In this document: piece after piece, positions 29,439-38,585 of the stretch
Layout: the number at the start of each line of letters is the position of its first letter
How positions within the stretch are numbered: the stretch's first letter is position 1
Notes under the pieces: model-generated
What the model was told of the DNA's origin: nothing
Database searches by the model: none
The model's input: only the letters and a program-made list of their open reading frames with translations
Assembly: GCA_945883845.1 (NCBI GenBank)
Contig: CAMCYI010000004.1
Span: 1,475-65,474 of the forward strand
Source of the DNA: Bacteriovorax stolpii
GTDB lineage: Bacteria; Bdellovibrionota; Bacteriovoracia; Bacteriovoracales; Bacteriovoracaceae
DNA: 64,000 nucleotides
Reading direction: 5' to 3'
Made by a program: the position numbers and the translations under genes

Positions 29439-30433
29439 GCTTTCAATCCAATGATCTGAGCAATACATGAAAGGGCAATTTCTGTGGGGTTCTTGCAGTT
29501 CATCTCGAGACCGGCCGGAGCAAAAACTTTTGCGATGTTTTCGGCAGGGAGTTTCATTTCAGAGAGATGCTGCAGGATAATTCCTGAGCGCTTTGTGCTG
29601 GCAATGAGACCGACCCACGAGGCATCTTTCTCAGTCGCAATCCGGATAAAATCATGATCACCTTTGTGGTGACTCGCTACGAGGACAGCAGAATCTTTTT
29701 TAACGGAGAAATTTTCAAACCCTGCGTTCGACTCCTCGAGAATCACACCAGTGGGATAATTTTTTGGATCAAGATTCCAACCGTAGACTCTCGTTTTCCA
29801 TTTCAACATTACTCCAAACTTCGCCATCTCTTCAGTGATTCTGGAAGTTCCAATGATCAGAAGCTCAGAAATTTCCTGACGAATTTTTTGATCACCGAGG
29901 CCTTGTGGAAAAACCTGCCGCGCTTCCTTGAGGGAAGTGAAAGGAATCTGGCGGCTTTCAGCAATCGAAGCAGCAAGAGTATAAAGTCCGCGCTCAATCG
30001 CTGTACCAGTGACTGAAGACTCTCCCTTTTTCCATTCCGGGATAAAACCCATTGAAATGGCCAGATGGGTAACCATATTTTCAAGTTCTGTAGCTTCAGT
30101 GAGACAAATTTTTTCACATGGAAGTTGAGGTTCAATATAAACACTCATGATCCCACCGCAAGGCATACCAAGACCAAAGATCTCATCATCCAGATCAGCT
30201 TCGATGATTCTGGTTTCTCCTGACTCCATACTCTCGACGGCGTTCTTGCAGACAAAACTCTCTGCGCATCCACCACCAACCCAACCGAGAATATTTTTTC
30301 CTTCAGCAGAAATAATAGCTTTAGAACCGGGTCTGGCACTCGCGGAACCCTTCACAGCAATCACAGTGGCCGTGGCAAACTTCTGATTTTCAGATTTCAG
30401 TTTTTTTACAAGTTCGTAGTAGTCAGCAGACAC
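29435..30433 (-). CDS. xdhC: XdhC/CoxI-family Moco-insertion chaperone
   Basis: ATVIAVKGSA, GWVGGGCAE, GMPCGG, GLIASTKR, PAGL...P.EIALS. Confidence 0.85.
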   Translation of the reverse strand: MSADYYELVKKLKSENQKFATATVIAVKGSASARPGSKAIISAEGKNILGWVGGGCAESFVCKNAVESMESGETRIIEADLDDEIFGLGMPCGGIMSVYIEPQLPCEKICLTEATELENMVTHLAISMGFIPEWKKGESSVTGTAIERGLYTLAASIAESRQIPFTSLKEARQVFPQGLGDQKIRQEISELLIIGTSRITEEMAKFGVMLKWKTRVYGWNLDPKNYPTGVILEESNAGFENFSVKKDSAVLVASHHKGDHDFIRIATEKDASWVGLIASTKRSGIILQHLSEMKLPAENIAKVFAPAGLEMNCKNPTEIALSCIAQIIGLKA

Positions 30434-31020
30434 TGGTAATCCTCTTGTGTATCGATGTCCGTCAGGATGGAATCATCCTGCATATCCACCTTCAATATGA
30501 AGTCGGGATATTTTTTCAAAAGATAGGAGCAACCATAATCATCGTCTGGATGAGCAAGAATTTCAGATTTTAATGCCAGAGAAATTAAGACAGGATTTCC
30601 CTGCTTTTCTCCATAGGTCGGAGCGATAATTTTCGCGTCGGGATTTCGGCGCGCAGTCTCGATCAGTTTCTGGTAATGATTTTTGTTGAGCAACGGAAGA
30701 TCACCCAGACAGATGGCCACGAATCCCCCGGTCTGCCTGAGAGCAAGAAGACCAGTGCGTATGGAAGCGTGCATTCCTGCTTCGTACAAAGGATTAAAAA
30801 CAGTTCTCACTCCCAAGGGGCCGAGAACAGACTCCATTTTCTCCTGCGCAAAACCGGTCACAGCGATGAGTTCATCAAAACTGCTCGCGTGAATTTCCCG
30901 CACGACTTTGGTGATGACGAGATCATCACCGAAAGGCAGTAAGAGTTTAGGCGAGGAGCGCATGCGCTGACCTTGACCGGCACACAGCAGCAAGCAAGCA
31001 ACGGGAAGAGAGTCATTCAT
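30406..31020 (-). CDS. Molybdenum cofactor cytidylyltransferase-like NTP transferase (MocA-like)
   Basis: LLCAGQGQRM..PKLLLPF, LGDLP, GNPV, DIDTQEDY. Confidence 0.85.
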   Translation of the reverse strand: MNDSLPVACLLLCAGQGQRMRSSPKLLLPFGDDLVITKVVREIHASSFDELIAVTGFAQEKMESVLGPLGVRTVFNPLYEAGMHASIRTGLLALRQTGGFVAICLGDLPLLNKNHYQKLIETARRNPDAKIIAPTYGEKQGNPVLISLALKSEILAHPDDDYGCSYLLKKYPDFILKVDMQDDSILTDIDTQEDYQCLLTTTNL

Positions 31021-31126
31021 AAAAAAAGATTTTCACACTTCCCTCTTTTGGACAAGATTTTTACTTGTCTTGGATCACCTTCACCCCGAGAATTTAGGAA
31101 GTAAAAATTAATCATCGGAGCGGTCA

Positions 31127-31579
31127 ATGGAAATCAACGTCAACGGAAAAAATATGACCGTCACTTCGGACGGAAATACACCTCTGTTGTGGGTGCTTCG
31201 GGATGAACTCGGTATGGTCGGTACAAAATACGGTTGCGGTAAAGGTCTCTGCGGCGCCTGCACAGTTCACCTTGACGGCGAACCCACCAGGTCTTGCTCC
31301 ATCACCGTCAATGATATCCAAAAAGGGAAAGTCGTCACCATCGAAGGGATGAACACGAAAGTGTCACAGGCCGTCCAGTCAGCGTGGGTAAACAATCACG
31401 TTCCACAATGTGGTTACTGCCAGTCAGGTCAGGTTATGTCAGCGTGCTCTCTTCTTGCTTCCACACCGAAGCCCAGTGATAAGCAGATCTGCGATGCCAT
31501 GAGCGGGAATATCTGCCGCTGCGGAACCTACGCACGGATCAAGACAGCGATTCACGAAGCTTCAACGAAAATTTCTTAA
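31127..31579 (+). CDS. 2Fe-2S subunit of an aldehyde/isoquinoline oxidoreductase (IorA-like)
   Basis: GTKYGCGKGLCGACTVH, QCGYCQSGQ, NICRCGTY. Confidence 0.95.
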   Translation: MEINVNGKNMTVTSDGNTPLLWVLRDELGMVGTKYGCGKGLCGACTVHLDGEPTRSCSITVNDIQKGKVVTIEGMNTKVSQAVQSAWVNNHVPQCGYCQSGQVMSACSLLASTPKPSDKQICDAMSGNICRCGTYARIKTAIHEASTKIS

Positions 31580-31589
31580 GGACCACCCT

Positions 31590-33770
31590 ATGAACGATAT
31601 GGAAAAAAACTCTGCTCTTAACCGCCGCGACTTTCTTGTCAGTGGCCTCACTGGACTTGCCGGTCTTGTTGTTGCGTTTCACCTTCCGGTGGGAGCACAA
31701 AAAGCTTTCATGGCCGAAGCAGCGACTCCCCTGGCAGCTTCAGCAGTACCGAATGCTTTCATTCACATCGCCCCCGACAACACCATCACAATGATGATTA
31801 ACAAACTTGAAATGGGCCAGGGTGTGAATACTTCTCTCGCACAATTAATTGCCGAAGAACTTGAGTGCGACTGGAAAATGATTCGTTCCGTTTCTGCCCC
31901 GGTGGCCCCTGTTTATAATCACACTGTTTTCCAGACGCAGATGACGGGTGGTTCTTCTGCTCTTTCTTCGTCTTGGCAGCAGCACCGTAAAATTGGTGCG
32001 GCCATGAGAGAAATGCTCAAAACAGCAGCTGCGAACCGCTGGAAAGTTCCTCTGAGTGAAGTGACTGCAAAAAATGGTCACGTCCTTCACAAAACGAAAG
32101 GATCGCTTTCATACGGCGAGCTCGCCACTGAGGCCGGAGCGCTGAAACTTCCACAGGATCCACCACTAAAGAATGCAAAAGATTTTAAAGTCATCGGCCA
32201 CTCGATGAAGCGCGTGGATGCTGCCGAAAAATCTAACGGCAAAGCGATCTTTGGTATGGACGTGAGAATTCCGGGCATGATCTATGCCTGCGTCGCCCGT
32301 CCGGATATGGACGGACAGAAGCTCGATTCATTTGATGAAAAAGCGGCAAAAAAAATCCCGGGTGTCATAGACGTTGTAAAATTCCGTGACAACCATATCG
32401 CTGTCCTCGCAAAAAACACTTTCGCTGCCATAGAAGGCAAAGATGCCCTCAAGGCAAAATGGAAGGACAATCAGTACTCGACAGCGTCCACTGAAAGTAT
32501 CTACAAGGAACTGAAAGAGGCCACTCATAAAAAAAGTGTGGTTGCCAAAACTATCGGTGACGCTGATGCCGGAATGAAAAATGCCTCAAAACAACTCGAA
32601 GCCGTTTATGAATTTCCTTACCTCGCTCATGCGCCGATGGAGTCGATGAACTGTACGGTCAACTACGACGGAGAAAAAGCAGAGATCTGGTCTGGCCATC
32701 AGATGCCGACGATTGACCAGGGCGTGGCCGCAGGAATTCTCGGGCTCAAACCTGAAGAAGTTAAAGTGAACACCGTCTATGCTGGCGGAAGCTTCGGTCG
32801 ACGTGCCAGTAAAGCTTCTGACTATGTCGTCATCGCCTGCCACCTCGCCAAGGAAATCAAAAGGCCGCTCAAGATGGTTTTCTCCCGTGAAGATGATATG
32901 CATGGAGGGTACTACCGTCCCATGAACGTCCACCGTGTGGAGCTCGGTTTTGATGATAAGAAAAATCTTCTCGCCTGGAGACATTATATTGCCGGTCATT
33001 CGGTAATCGCAGGTTCAGTATTCGAGGCGATGATGGTGAAGAATGGCCTTGAATCAACTGTGACAGAAGGTGTTTCAGATACACATTACAACATCAAAAA
33101 CTTTCACTGCGAGCAGACTCGCGTGTACTCACCTCTTACAACTCTCTGGTGGAGAAGTGTTGGACACACGCACACAGCGTACGTCATGGAGACGATGATC
33201 GACGAAGTGGCCGTCGAAACCAAAACAGACCCGATGACTTTGAGAGAACAACTCCTTAAAGATTCTCCCCGTCACTTGCAGGTTTTAAAAATTCTTAAGG
33301 GTATGACTGGCTGGGGAAAAAATAAAGCTCCGAAAGGCCGCGCCTGGGGCCTCGCAGTTCATGAATCTTTTAACACCGTTGTCGGGCAGGTGGTAGAAGT
33401 TTCTATCGAGGAAAATATTCCACGCGTGCACAAAGTATGGGCCGCCGTTCATTGTGGAACTGTCGTAAACCCGGAGGGAGCAAAGACTCAGGTTGAAAGT
33501 TCAATCGCCTACGGTCTGGGAGCTTTCCTTTACCAGAAGATTGACCTCAAGGACGGAAAAATTGTACAGACGAACTTCGACGATTACGAAGTCCTGAAAA
33601 TTGAGAACATGCCGGAAGTAAAAGTTGAGTTCGTTAAAACTGATGAACCACCGACGGGCCTAGGTGAACCAGGCCTTCCGCCGATTGCCCCGGCCGTGGC
33701 AAACGCTCTCTTTCGCCTCGATGGAAAACGTGTCCGTTCTCTCCCTTACCTGAAAGGAAAAACCGCATGA
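31590..33770 (+). CDS. Tat-exported molybdopterin-binding subunit (IorB-like, xanthine dehydrogenase family)
   Basis: LNRRDFL Tat motif; EMGQG, TGGS, GGSFGRR, WWRSVG, GLGEPG.PP. Confidence 0.95.
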   Translation: MNDMEKNSALNRRDFLVSGLTGLAGLVVAFHLPVGAQKAFMAEAATPLAASAVPNAFIHIAPDNTITMMINKLEMGQGVNTSLAQLIAEELECDWKMIRSVSAPVAPVYNHTVFQTQMTGGSSALSSSWQQHRKIGAAMREMLKTAAANRWKVPLSEVTAKNGHVLHKTKGSLSYGELATEAGALKLPQDPPLKNAKDFKVIGHSMKRVDAAEKSNGKAIFGMDVRIPGMIYACVARPDMDGQKLDSFDEKAAKKIPGVIDVVKFRDNHIAVLAKNTFAAIEGKDALKAKWKDNQYSTASTESIYKELKEATHKKSVVAKTIGDADAGMKNASKQLEAVYEFPYLAHAPMESMNCTVNYDGEKAEIWSGHQMPTIDQGVAAGILGLKPEEVKVNTVYAGGSFGRRASKASDYVVIACHLAKEIKRPLKMVFSREDDMHGGYYRPMNVHRVELGFDDKKNLLAWRHYIAGHSVIAGSVFEAMMVKNGLESTVTEGVSDTHYNIKNFHCEQTRVYSPLTTLWWRSVGHTHTAYVMETMIDEVAVETKTDPMTLREQLLKDSPRHLQVLKILKGMTGWGKNKAPKGRAWGLAVHESFNTVVGQVVEVSIEENIPRVHKVWAAVHCGTVVNPEGAKTQVESSIAYGLGAFLYQKIDLKDGKIVQTNFDDYEVLKIENMPEVKVEFVKTDEPPTGLGEPGLPPIAPAVANALFRLDGKRVRSLPYLKGKTA

Positions 33771-34501
33771 AATTTCTTGGTTTTATTTTTATGATCTCCA
33801 TCTTCCCGGTGGCACTGGCGTCACCCTTCGATGTACTCAAGGAAGAAGTTGGCAAGAAAGGTATTGAAGGAAATCCGAAATTCGTGGGAGACTTCCTGAG
33901 CGTTTCTGAAACTCTGGGAGTGGCACGAATCTTCAAACTGCCACCTTGTTCCTACAAGGATTGCTCGTTTGATTTTTCCAGCAACACAAAGGTCACTGAT
34001 GAGCTCTTCACCTGTTCCCTGCCTGCAAACCTCAAAATCAACTATGCCAACAACGATAAGGGATACATCTTTATTGAAACTCCCGGCGTGAAAAAACGCG
34101 TTCTCAAGTGTTCGATCCGCCTTGAAATGGAAGGCGAGAACAATCTTAAAGTGAACGCCATCTCCTGTCCGCAGACCAAGATCGGCGACTGCCAGACCGA
34201 TCACTTCCTCGGCGAATTTAAACGCATGGGACGCCCGAGCTTTGACTGCGGAGTGCTGACACCGTATTTTGAACTGACACCAGCGCGAAAAACGATCTGT
34301 CAGAATCTCGAGCTCTCGGCCATCGATCACGAAGTAGAACTGATGTACGAAGGAACTGAATCAAAGGATGAACTCCATAAGAGCGAGAATAAATTCAGAC
34401 GCGCACGGGAAGCCTGCGGGACGAATGTTCAGTGTCTTAAATCGCTGTATGTTCAGTGGCGGAAAGAAATAGAATTGCTTAAACAGAAGAAGACTAATTA
34501 A
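33767..34501 (+). CDS. Secreted Cys-rich protein with C-terminal LprI (lysozyme inhibitor)-like domain
   Basis: PSFDC...ICQNLELSAID...Y and REACGTNVQCL..LY. Confidence 0.6.
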   Translation: MKFLGFIFMISIFPVALASPFDVLKEEVGKKGIEGNPKFVGDFLSVSETLGVARIFKLPPCSYKDCSFDFSSNTKVTDELFTCSLPANLKINYANNDKGYIFIETPGVKKRVLKCSIRLEMEGENNLKVNAISCPQTKIGDCQTDHFLGEFKRMGRPSFDCGVLTPYFELTPARKTICQNLELSAIDHEVELMYEGTESKDELHKSENKFRRAREACGTNVQCLKSLYVQWRKEIELLKQKKTN

Positions 34502-35247
34502 TTACAGCTCGCACCGTTGAATCTGTCTTTCAGTGCGAGACAAGTTTCATTGATCTCATCATCGGTCAGGACTTTCGGATAGACGGCAACCCAGCCGATG
34601 TCACCGTTGAAGAAAAGAGCATTTGCTCCCGGAGATTTTCCGATGGTGAAAGTCTCTGTATTATCCACATAGGCCGCCGTACTTGTCGAAAACTTCGTTC
34701 CATTTTTACTCAGTGTAATGCTGCTTCCACTCATGGTCACTGCGATGTACTGCCAAGTTCCTGTCGTCGTCACATTCGCTGTTGAGTTCCACAGGGCCGT
34801 CCCATTGGCAACCTTGTAAGTCGTTTCAGTGACAAGTGCACGGTTGAAATCTGAATCATCAAGAGACAGGATATGTGAAAGGCCCGACGCCGCTGGCTTA
34901 ACCCAGGCAATCCATGTCGTCGCTGGCATAGTCAGCGAATCAGCATCTAATGCTGTCGTCACAAAAGTTGTCGCTCCATCGAAGGTCACTACTTTCGGAT
35001 CGATCGCAGTTCCTGTTCCATCAGTACCGCCACCACCTGTGCAATTAAGTGCGCCGTCATTGTTCGCTGCTGAATCCGGCCAGGTAACGTTGGCCGCAAG
35101 ACACGTCGGCGCATCCTCTGCATCCAGGATCAAACTCGCACCTTCAGTGATCTGAGCTTCCGGAACAAGCTGAGAGTGATCAATCAGACCATCGCCGCAA
35201 CTCGCGAGAAGAAACGAAGAAAAAATTATCAGTGTTTTAATATTCAC
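34498..35247 (-). CDS. Lipoprotein with LamG-like jellyroll domain
   Basis: Lipobox LLASC; TFDG, TWIAWVK, WQYIAVT, FFNGDIGWVAVYPKVLTDDEI. Confidence 0.8.
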   Translation of the reverse strand: MNIKTLIIFSSFLLASCGDGLIDHSQLVPEAQITEGASLILDAEDAPTCLAANVTWPDSAANNDGALNCTGGGGTDGTGTAIDPKVVTFDGATTFVTTALDADSLTMPATTWIAWVKPAASGLSHILSLDDSDFNRALVTETTYKVANGTALWNSTANVTTTGTWQYIAVTMSGSSITLSKNGTKFSTSTAAYVDNTETFTIGKSPGANALFFNGDIGWVAVYPKVLTDDEINETCLALKDRFNGASCN

Positions 35248-35255
35248 GTGTCACC

Positions 35256-36422
35256 TTAAAATTCCAGTCCCAGTCCCACAGAGACAAGACGATAATCAAT
35301 TTTTTTATAAGTCCATACCTGTGCACTTCCGAGTACGGAAACAGGCATCGCATTCATTTTAAGCTCGACCACTCCGCCGTATGAAGAATTGTTCCCGAAC
35401 TTCGACCAGCCATGGTAGCCGTAAGCGGGTTGCAGGGTCAGTCTTCCCTTTGACGTCTGGATATTCACCGAGAGATGAACATCTGCTTCTATGGCCGTGA
35501 TGTTTTTCCCTTTCGCCTGTTTCCACTCGGTCCCACCGATCCTTCCTCCGAATCCCCAGAAGGATTCAGAACGGAACTCCGGCGCGTAGTAAGGAATGAC
35601 AGTATAGCTGGATCCGGTTTTTTCCTGGGTGACGTAGCCGCCGTGAATTTCGATTCGTTTCCACAAGAGACCTGTTTCATCTTTGTCCGCCACGGTTTCC
35701 TGAACCGGATCACGGTCAGCGACTCTGCCTTCAACGGCCTTTCTCGTTTCTTCCAGTGTGACGTCTGCATCCGGGAGGTCACCGCCTTCTTTGGCCATTT
35801 GTGAAAGTGCGGAGGCGGTGTCATCTGTTTCGATATGATCGAGGGCCGGCAGATCGTCCTGCATAACCTTTTCGGATTTTTTTGCTGTGACTGGTTTTTC
35901 CGGGAGTTCTGCGGCCGGTGCAGAAGTCACATCAGCTTCAACGATCGCAGCAGTGGCGACAACCGGAGCAGCAACTTGGGCCGGCAAAGCTTTGACCTGA
36001 ACAGTTTCTTTCACCTCGGTTGGTGTCACCAGGTGGGCCGAAACTGATAACGGCCCTCGCGCCACTTCCATGGTCTTAGAATCAACTTCTGACCCATCAG
36101 TATCCGATACGGAAAACACCACGACACCCGAATGTCCCTGAGGAACGGAAAAAGTAGAAATGAGAACTCTTCCCTGATCCAGGGCGATGACTTCAACAGC
36201 ACGGGCGCCGTTCCAACGATGCTCAAAATTACGCGTGCGAAATCCGCGCTTCATCTTGGTGATACCCAGAAGTTTCGTTGTCGGAAAACTCTGCTTATCT
36301 GATGACAGACATTTCGAAGATTTGTTTTCATGGAGAACAGTACAGACTTTAATCTCGGCAGGTACAACCGCCAGAGCATTTGTTGAAAGTGCAGTAAGAA
36401 TGGCCCACAGGAAAAACGTCAA
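35256..36422 (-). CDS. Secreted protein with acidic linker and probable C-terminal outer-membrane beta-barrel
   Basis: AAGGAG + TTG; signal peptide; amphipathic strands ending VSVGLGLEF. Confidence 0.6.
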   Translation of the reverse strand: MTFFLWAILTALSTNALAVVPAEIKVCTVLHENKSSKCLSSDKQSFPTTKLLGITKMKRGFRTRNFEHRWNGARAVEVIALDQGRVLISTFSVPQGHSGVVVFSVSDTDGSEVDSKTMEVARGPLSVSAHLVTPTEVKETVQVKALPAQVAAPVVATAAIVEADVTSAPAAELPEKPVTAKKSEKVMQDDLPALDHIETDDTASALSQMAKEGGDLPDADVTLEETRKAVEGRVADRDPVQETVADKDETGLLWKRIEIHGGYVTQEKTGSSYTVIPYYAPEFRSESFWGFGGRIGGTEWKQAKGKNITAIEADVHLSVNIQTSKGRLTLQPAYGYHGWSKFGNNSSYGGVVELKMNAMPVSVLGSAQVWTYKKIDYRLVSVGLGLEF

Positions 36423-36485
36423 GAAAACTCCTTCGGAATCAGAGCTTTCAGTATAAAACGTTCCCGGAATTCATGCCCCCGGAAA

Positions 36486-36526
36486 AAGAGGACAAGCCCG
36501 AGTTCTTACGTCGGGCTTGTCCTCTT
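36486..36526 (-). terminator. Rho-independent terminator of the 40219-36525 operon
   Basis: Perfect 16-bp stem aagaggacaagcccga/tcgggcttgtcctctt, 9-nt loop, short T-run on minus strand. Confidence 0.8.
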
Positions 36527-36704
36527 AAAACCTTTTTCTTTTGAGATGGGCCCGGAGTTTAATTTCCGTCCACCCGCACTCCACCCTGAGCTGATGAGAT
36601 TTGATGGCCAGCTCCCGAAACGAATCCTTCTTCGAAAGGGTTACCGGACAGATTTCAGCAGCAAAGACCGTCTTGATCATAAACAGAAAACCCAGTATTT
36701 TCAT
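36525..36704 (-). CDS. 59-aa secreted-type small protein (below ORF-track cutoff)
   Basis: MKILGFLFMIKTVFAAEICPVTLSKKDSFRELAIKSHQLRVECGWTEIKLRAHLKRKRF*; ATG overlaps upstream TGA; stop abuts terminator. Confidence 0.75.
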   Translation of the reverse strand: MKILGFLFMIKTVFAAEICPVTLSKKDSFRELAIKSHQLRVECGWTEIKLRAHLKRKRF

Positions 36705-37309
36705 TCTGTCCTCCTCTTCAAATAACTTAAACCCACTTGCCTCGATCTGGTGATACCAAGCTGAGAAAAACGGATCCGGATAACGATGAATAATGAATGC
36801 CGAAGGTCACACCACTCCAATGCGCTCGCCTTTCGTAAAAAGCTGAGCGAAAAGTCGCGGCCATTCTCTTCCAAAATCATCGACGCCATGAGATCTTCTC
36901 TTTCTTGACCCATGTAAAAAACTTTTTCAATTTGCGCAGATTGAAGAATTACCGGCGCAGGTACATTCCCTGTCAGCTGTTTACCTTTGATGCGCCAGAA
37001 AAGTTCGTAGTCCCATTTTTCCTGAGTCCACTCATCCCGGGTAACAGTTCTTACCCTCGAAGCACTCTCTTGAATTTCCTGCGCAAGTTGATGAATCTCT
37101 TCTTCGTGGCGCCAGGGATTTTCTTCATCCAAAAGAACCATGATCGCCTCATGATTTTCCCTGATGACCCTGAGCTCTTTCATGATGTCTGATTCTCCCT
37201 GGATGCTCTGGCAAATTTCAACAGGCGAAGAAGTTTTCGGAATATCCGATCCTCTGATCGAGTAACAGGATTGAAACAAAAGTAGAATTCCCAAGAGCAA
37301 CCAGTTCAT
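36701..37309 (-). CDS. Lipoprotein of unknown function (operon gene 4)
   Basis: Lipobox LFQSC; ATGA overlap. Confidence 0.8.
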   Translation of the reverse strand: MNWLLLGILLLFQSCYSIRGSDIPKTSSPVEICQSIQGESDIMKELRVIRENHEAIMVLLDEENPWRHEEEIHQLAQEIQESASRVRTVTRDEWTQEKWDYELFWRIKGKQLTGNVPAPVILQSAQIEKVFYMGQEREDLMASMILEENGRDFSLSFLRKASALEWCDLRHSLFIVIRIRFSQLGITRSRQVGLSYLKRRTE

Positions 37310-37692
37310 AAATGTTTCTCTTCAAGAGATTCAAGCTTCTTCTCTACAAGTGCATGGGCCAGAAGACTTCTCTCTTTGAGATATACTCTCAGGAAGATTG
37401 TTTCTTCACTTGTTAAAGGCCCCAGATTTGCTCGTGCCATGATCCCCTTAAGCTGTGGACGATCATCGAGTTTTTTAATTTTCTCTCTGATTTCTTTCTG
37501 AGAGAATCTGTCATAAGTTTCTGCCTCTCTTTCAGGCACGCTTTCAGGTACTTCAGGAGAAGCTTTGGGCAAAGATTTTGATTCTCTTACTTCCGCCGGA
37601 GGAAGTGATTCTATATCTTTCTCCGTTTTAAAAAACTGACTCCCGAAGATTCCAGTGATGAGAAATAAACTAAAAAAAATGATGCCCTTCAT
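37306..37692 (-). CDS. N-anchored small helical protein (operon gene 3)
   Basis: N-terminal TM; ATGA overlap. Confidence 0.8.
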   Translation of the reverse strand: MKGIIFFSLFLITGIFGSQFFKTEKDIESLPPAEVRESKSLPKASPEVPESVPEREAETYDRFSQKEIREKIKKLDDRPQLKGIMARANLGPLTSEETIFLRVYLKERSLLAHALVEKKLESLEEKHL

Positions 37693-38585
37693 CTGTTACC
37701 TCCCATTCCGATAGTTATCTTAACAGATGCTCCTTCACTGGTCGGATCAAGCTTGAAGTATCTCTGGCGATCACTCAGGACAGTGTGCGATGAAAACTCA
37801 AAGGTTTCTGATACAAACGCTGCATCCATGATTTTTCGGAGAACGTCTTCAGTCTGATCATTTAAAATCCGGGGATATTCATTCTCAATCATCAGGCCCA
37901 GCCTGAATCCCATGCGGGCAGCCTTGCTCGGCTTCGAGACTTTGGTATTCCAAACCTCGTTGATGACCGGAGAAACCTTTCGCTGGTAGAAATTTTCCAT
38001 CTGTTCAAAATCTTCACGCACGAGTGTAATGTAAGAAGAAGCAAGGCCGTAAAGTTCCAGTTCACCATTCAGAAGATCGCAGGCAACATCACGACCGTGT
38101 ACAACGAGTGACTGCCCGGACCATTCGACAAGTGAATCTGGAAGTCCATACTTCCGGGAAACAGCTGTCAGTGAGTTTTCAGACGGCAGGATCTTTAATA
38201 CGGCGGTCGAGGGAGCAACGGTAGTCGTTGAACGATTGAAACTGAGAGGCGAAAAAGGTTTTTCGGGTTGGGAAACATCGTACTCAAGTGTTTCATCATC
38301 TTTCCAGTTACCCTCAAGTCTCATTTCTCGTCTGAATGTCAGAACCTCGATGGAAGAATCACGAAGAGGCAACTTTCGCAATTTATCGAGCCGCTGAGAA
38401 TCCATGGATACTGATTCAGACACCATTTTGCGATAGGTTTTGCAGCCTTCTCTCATCGTCTGGTCATTCTGAGAGACAGTGAGAAATGACTCTGTCACCT
38501 GAGGCGCAGACCATAATGCCGTGTGAACCATGGCACTCGCCGAAGAGATCATACTGGTAACAACCAGATAAGCTAAAAATTTCAT
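37689..38585 (-). CDS. Secreted hypothetical protein (operon gene 2)
   Basis: Signal peptide; ATGA overlap. Confidence 0.8.
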   Translation of the reverse strand: MKFLAYLVVTSMISSASAMVHTALWSAPQVTESFLTVSQNDQTMREGCKTYRKMVSESVSMDSQRLDKLRKLPLRDSSIEVLTFRREMRLEGNWKDDETLEYDVSQPEKPFSPLSFNRSTTTVAPSTAVLKILPSENSLTAVSRKYGLPDSLVEWSGQSLVVHGRDVACDLLNGELELYGLASSYITLVREDFEQMENFYQRKVSPVINEVWNTKVSKPSKAARMGFRLGLMIENEYPRILNDQTEDVLRKIMDAAFVSETFEFSSHTVLSDRQRYFKLDPTSEGASVKITIGMGGNR

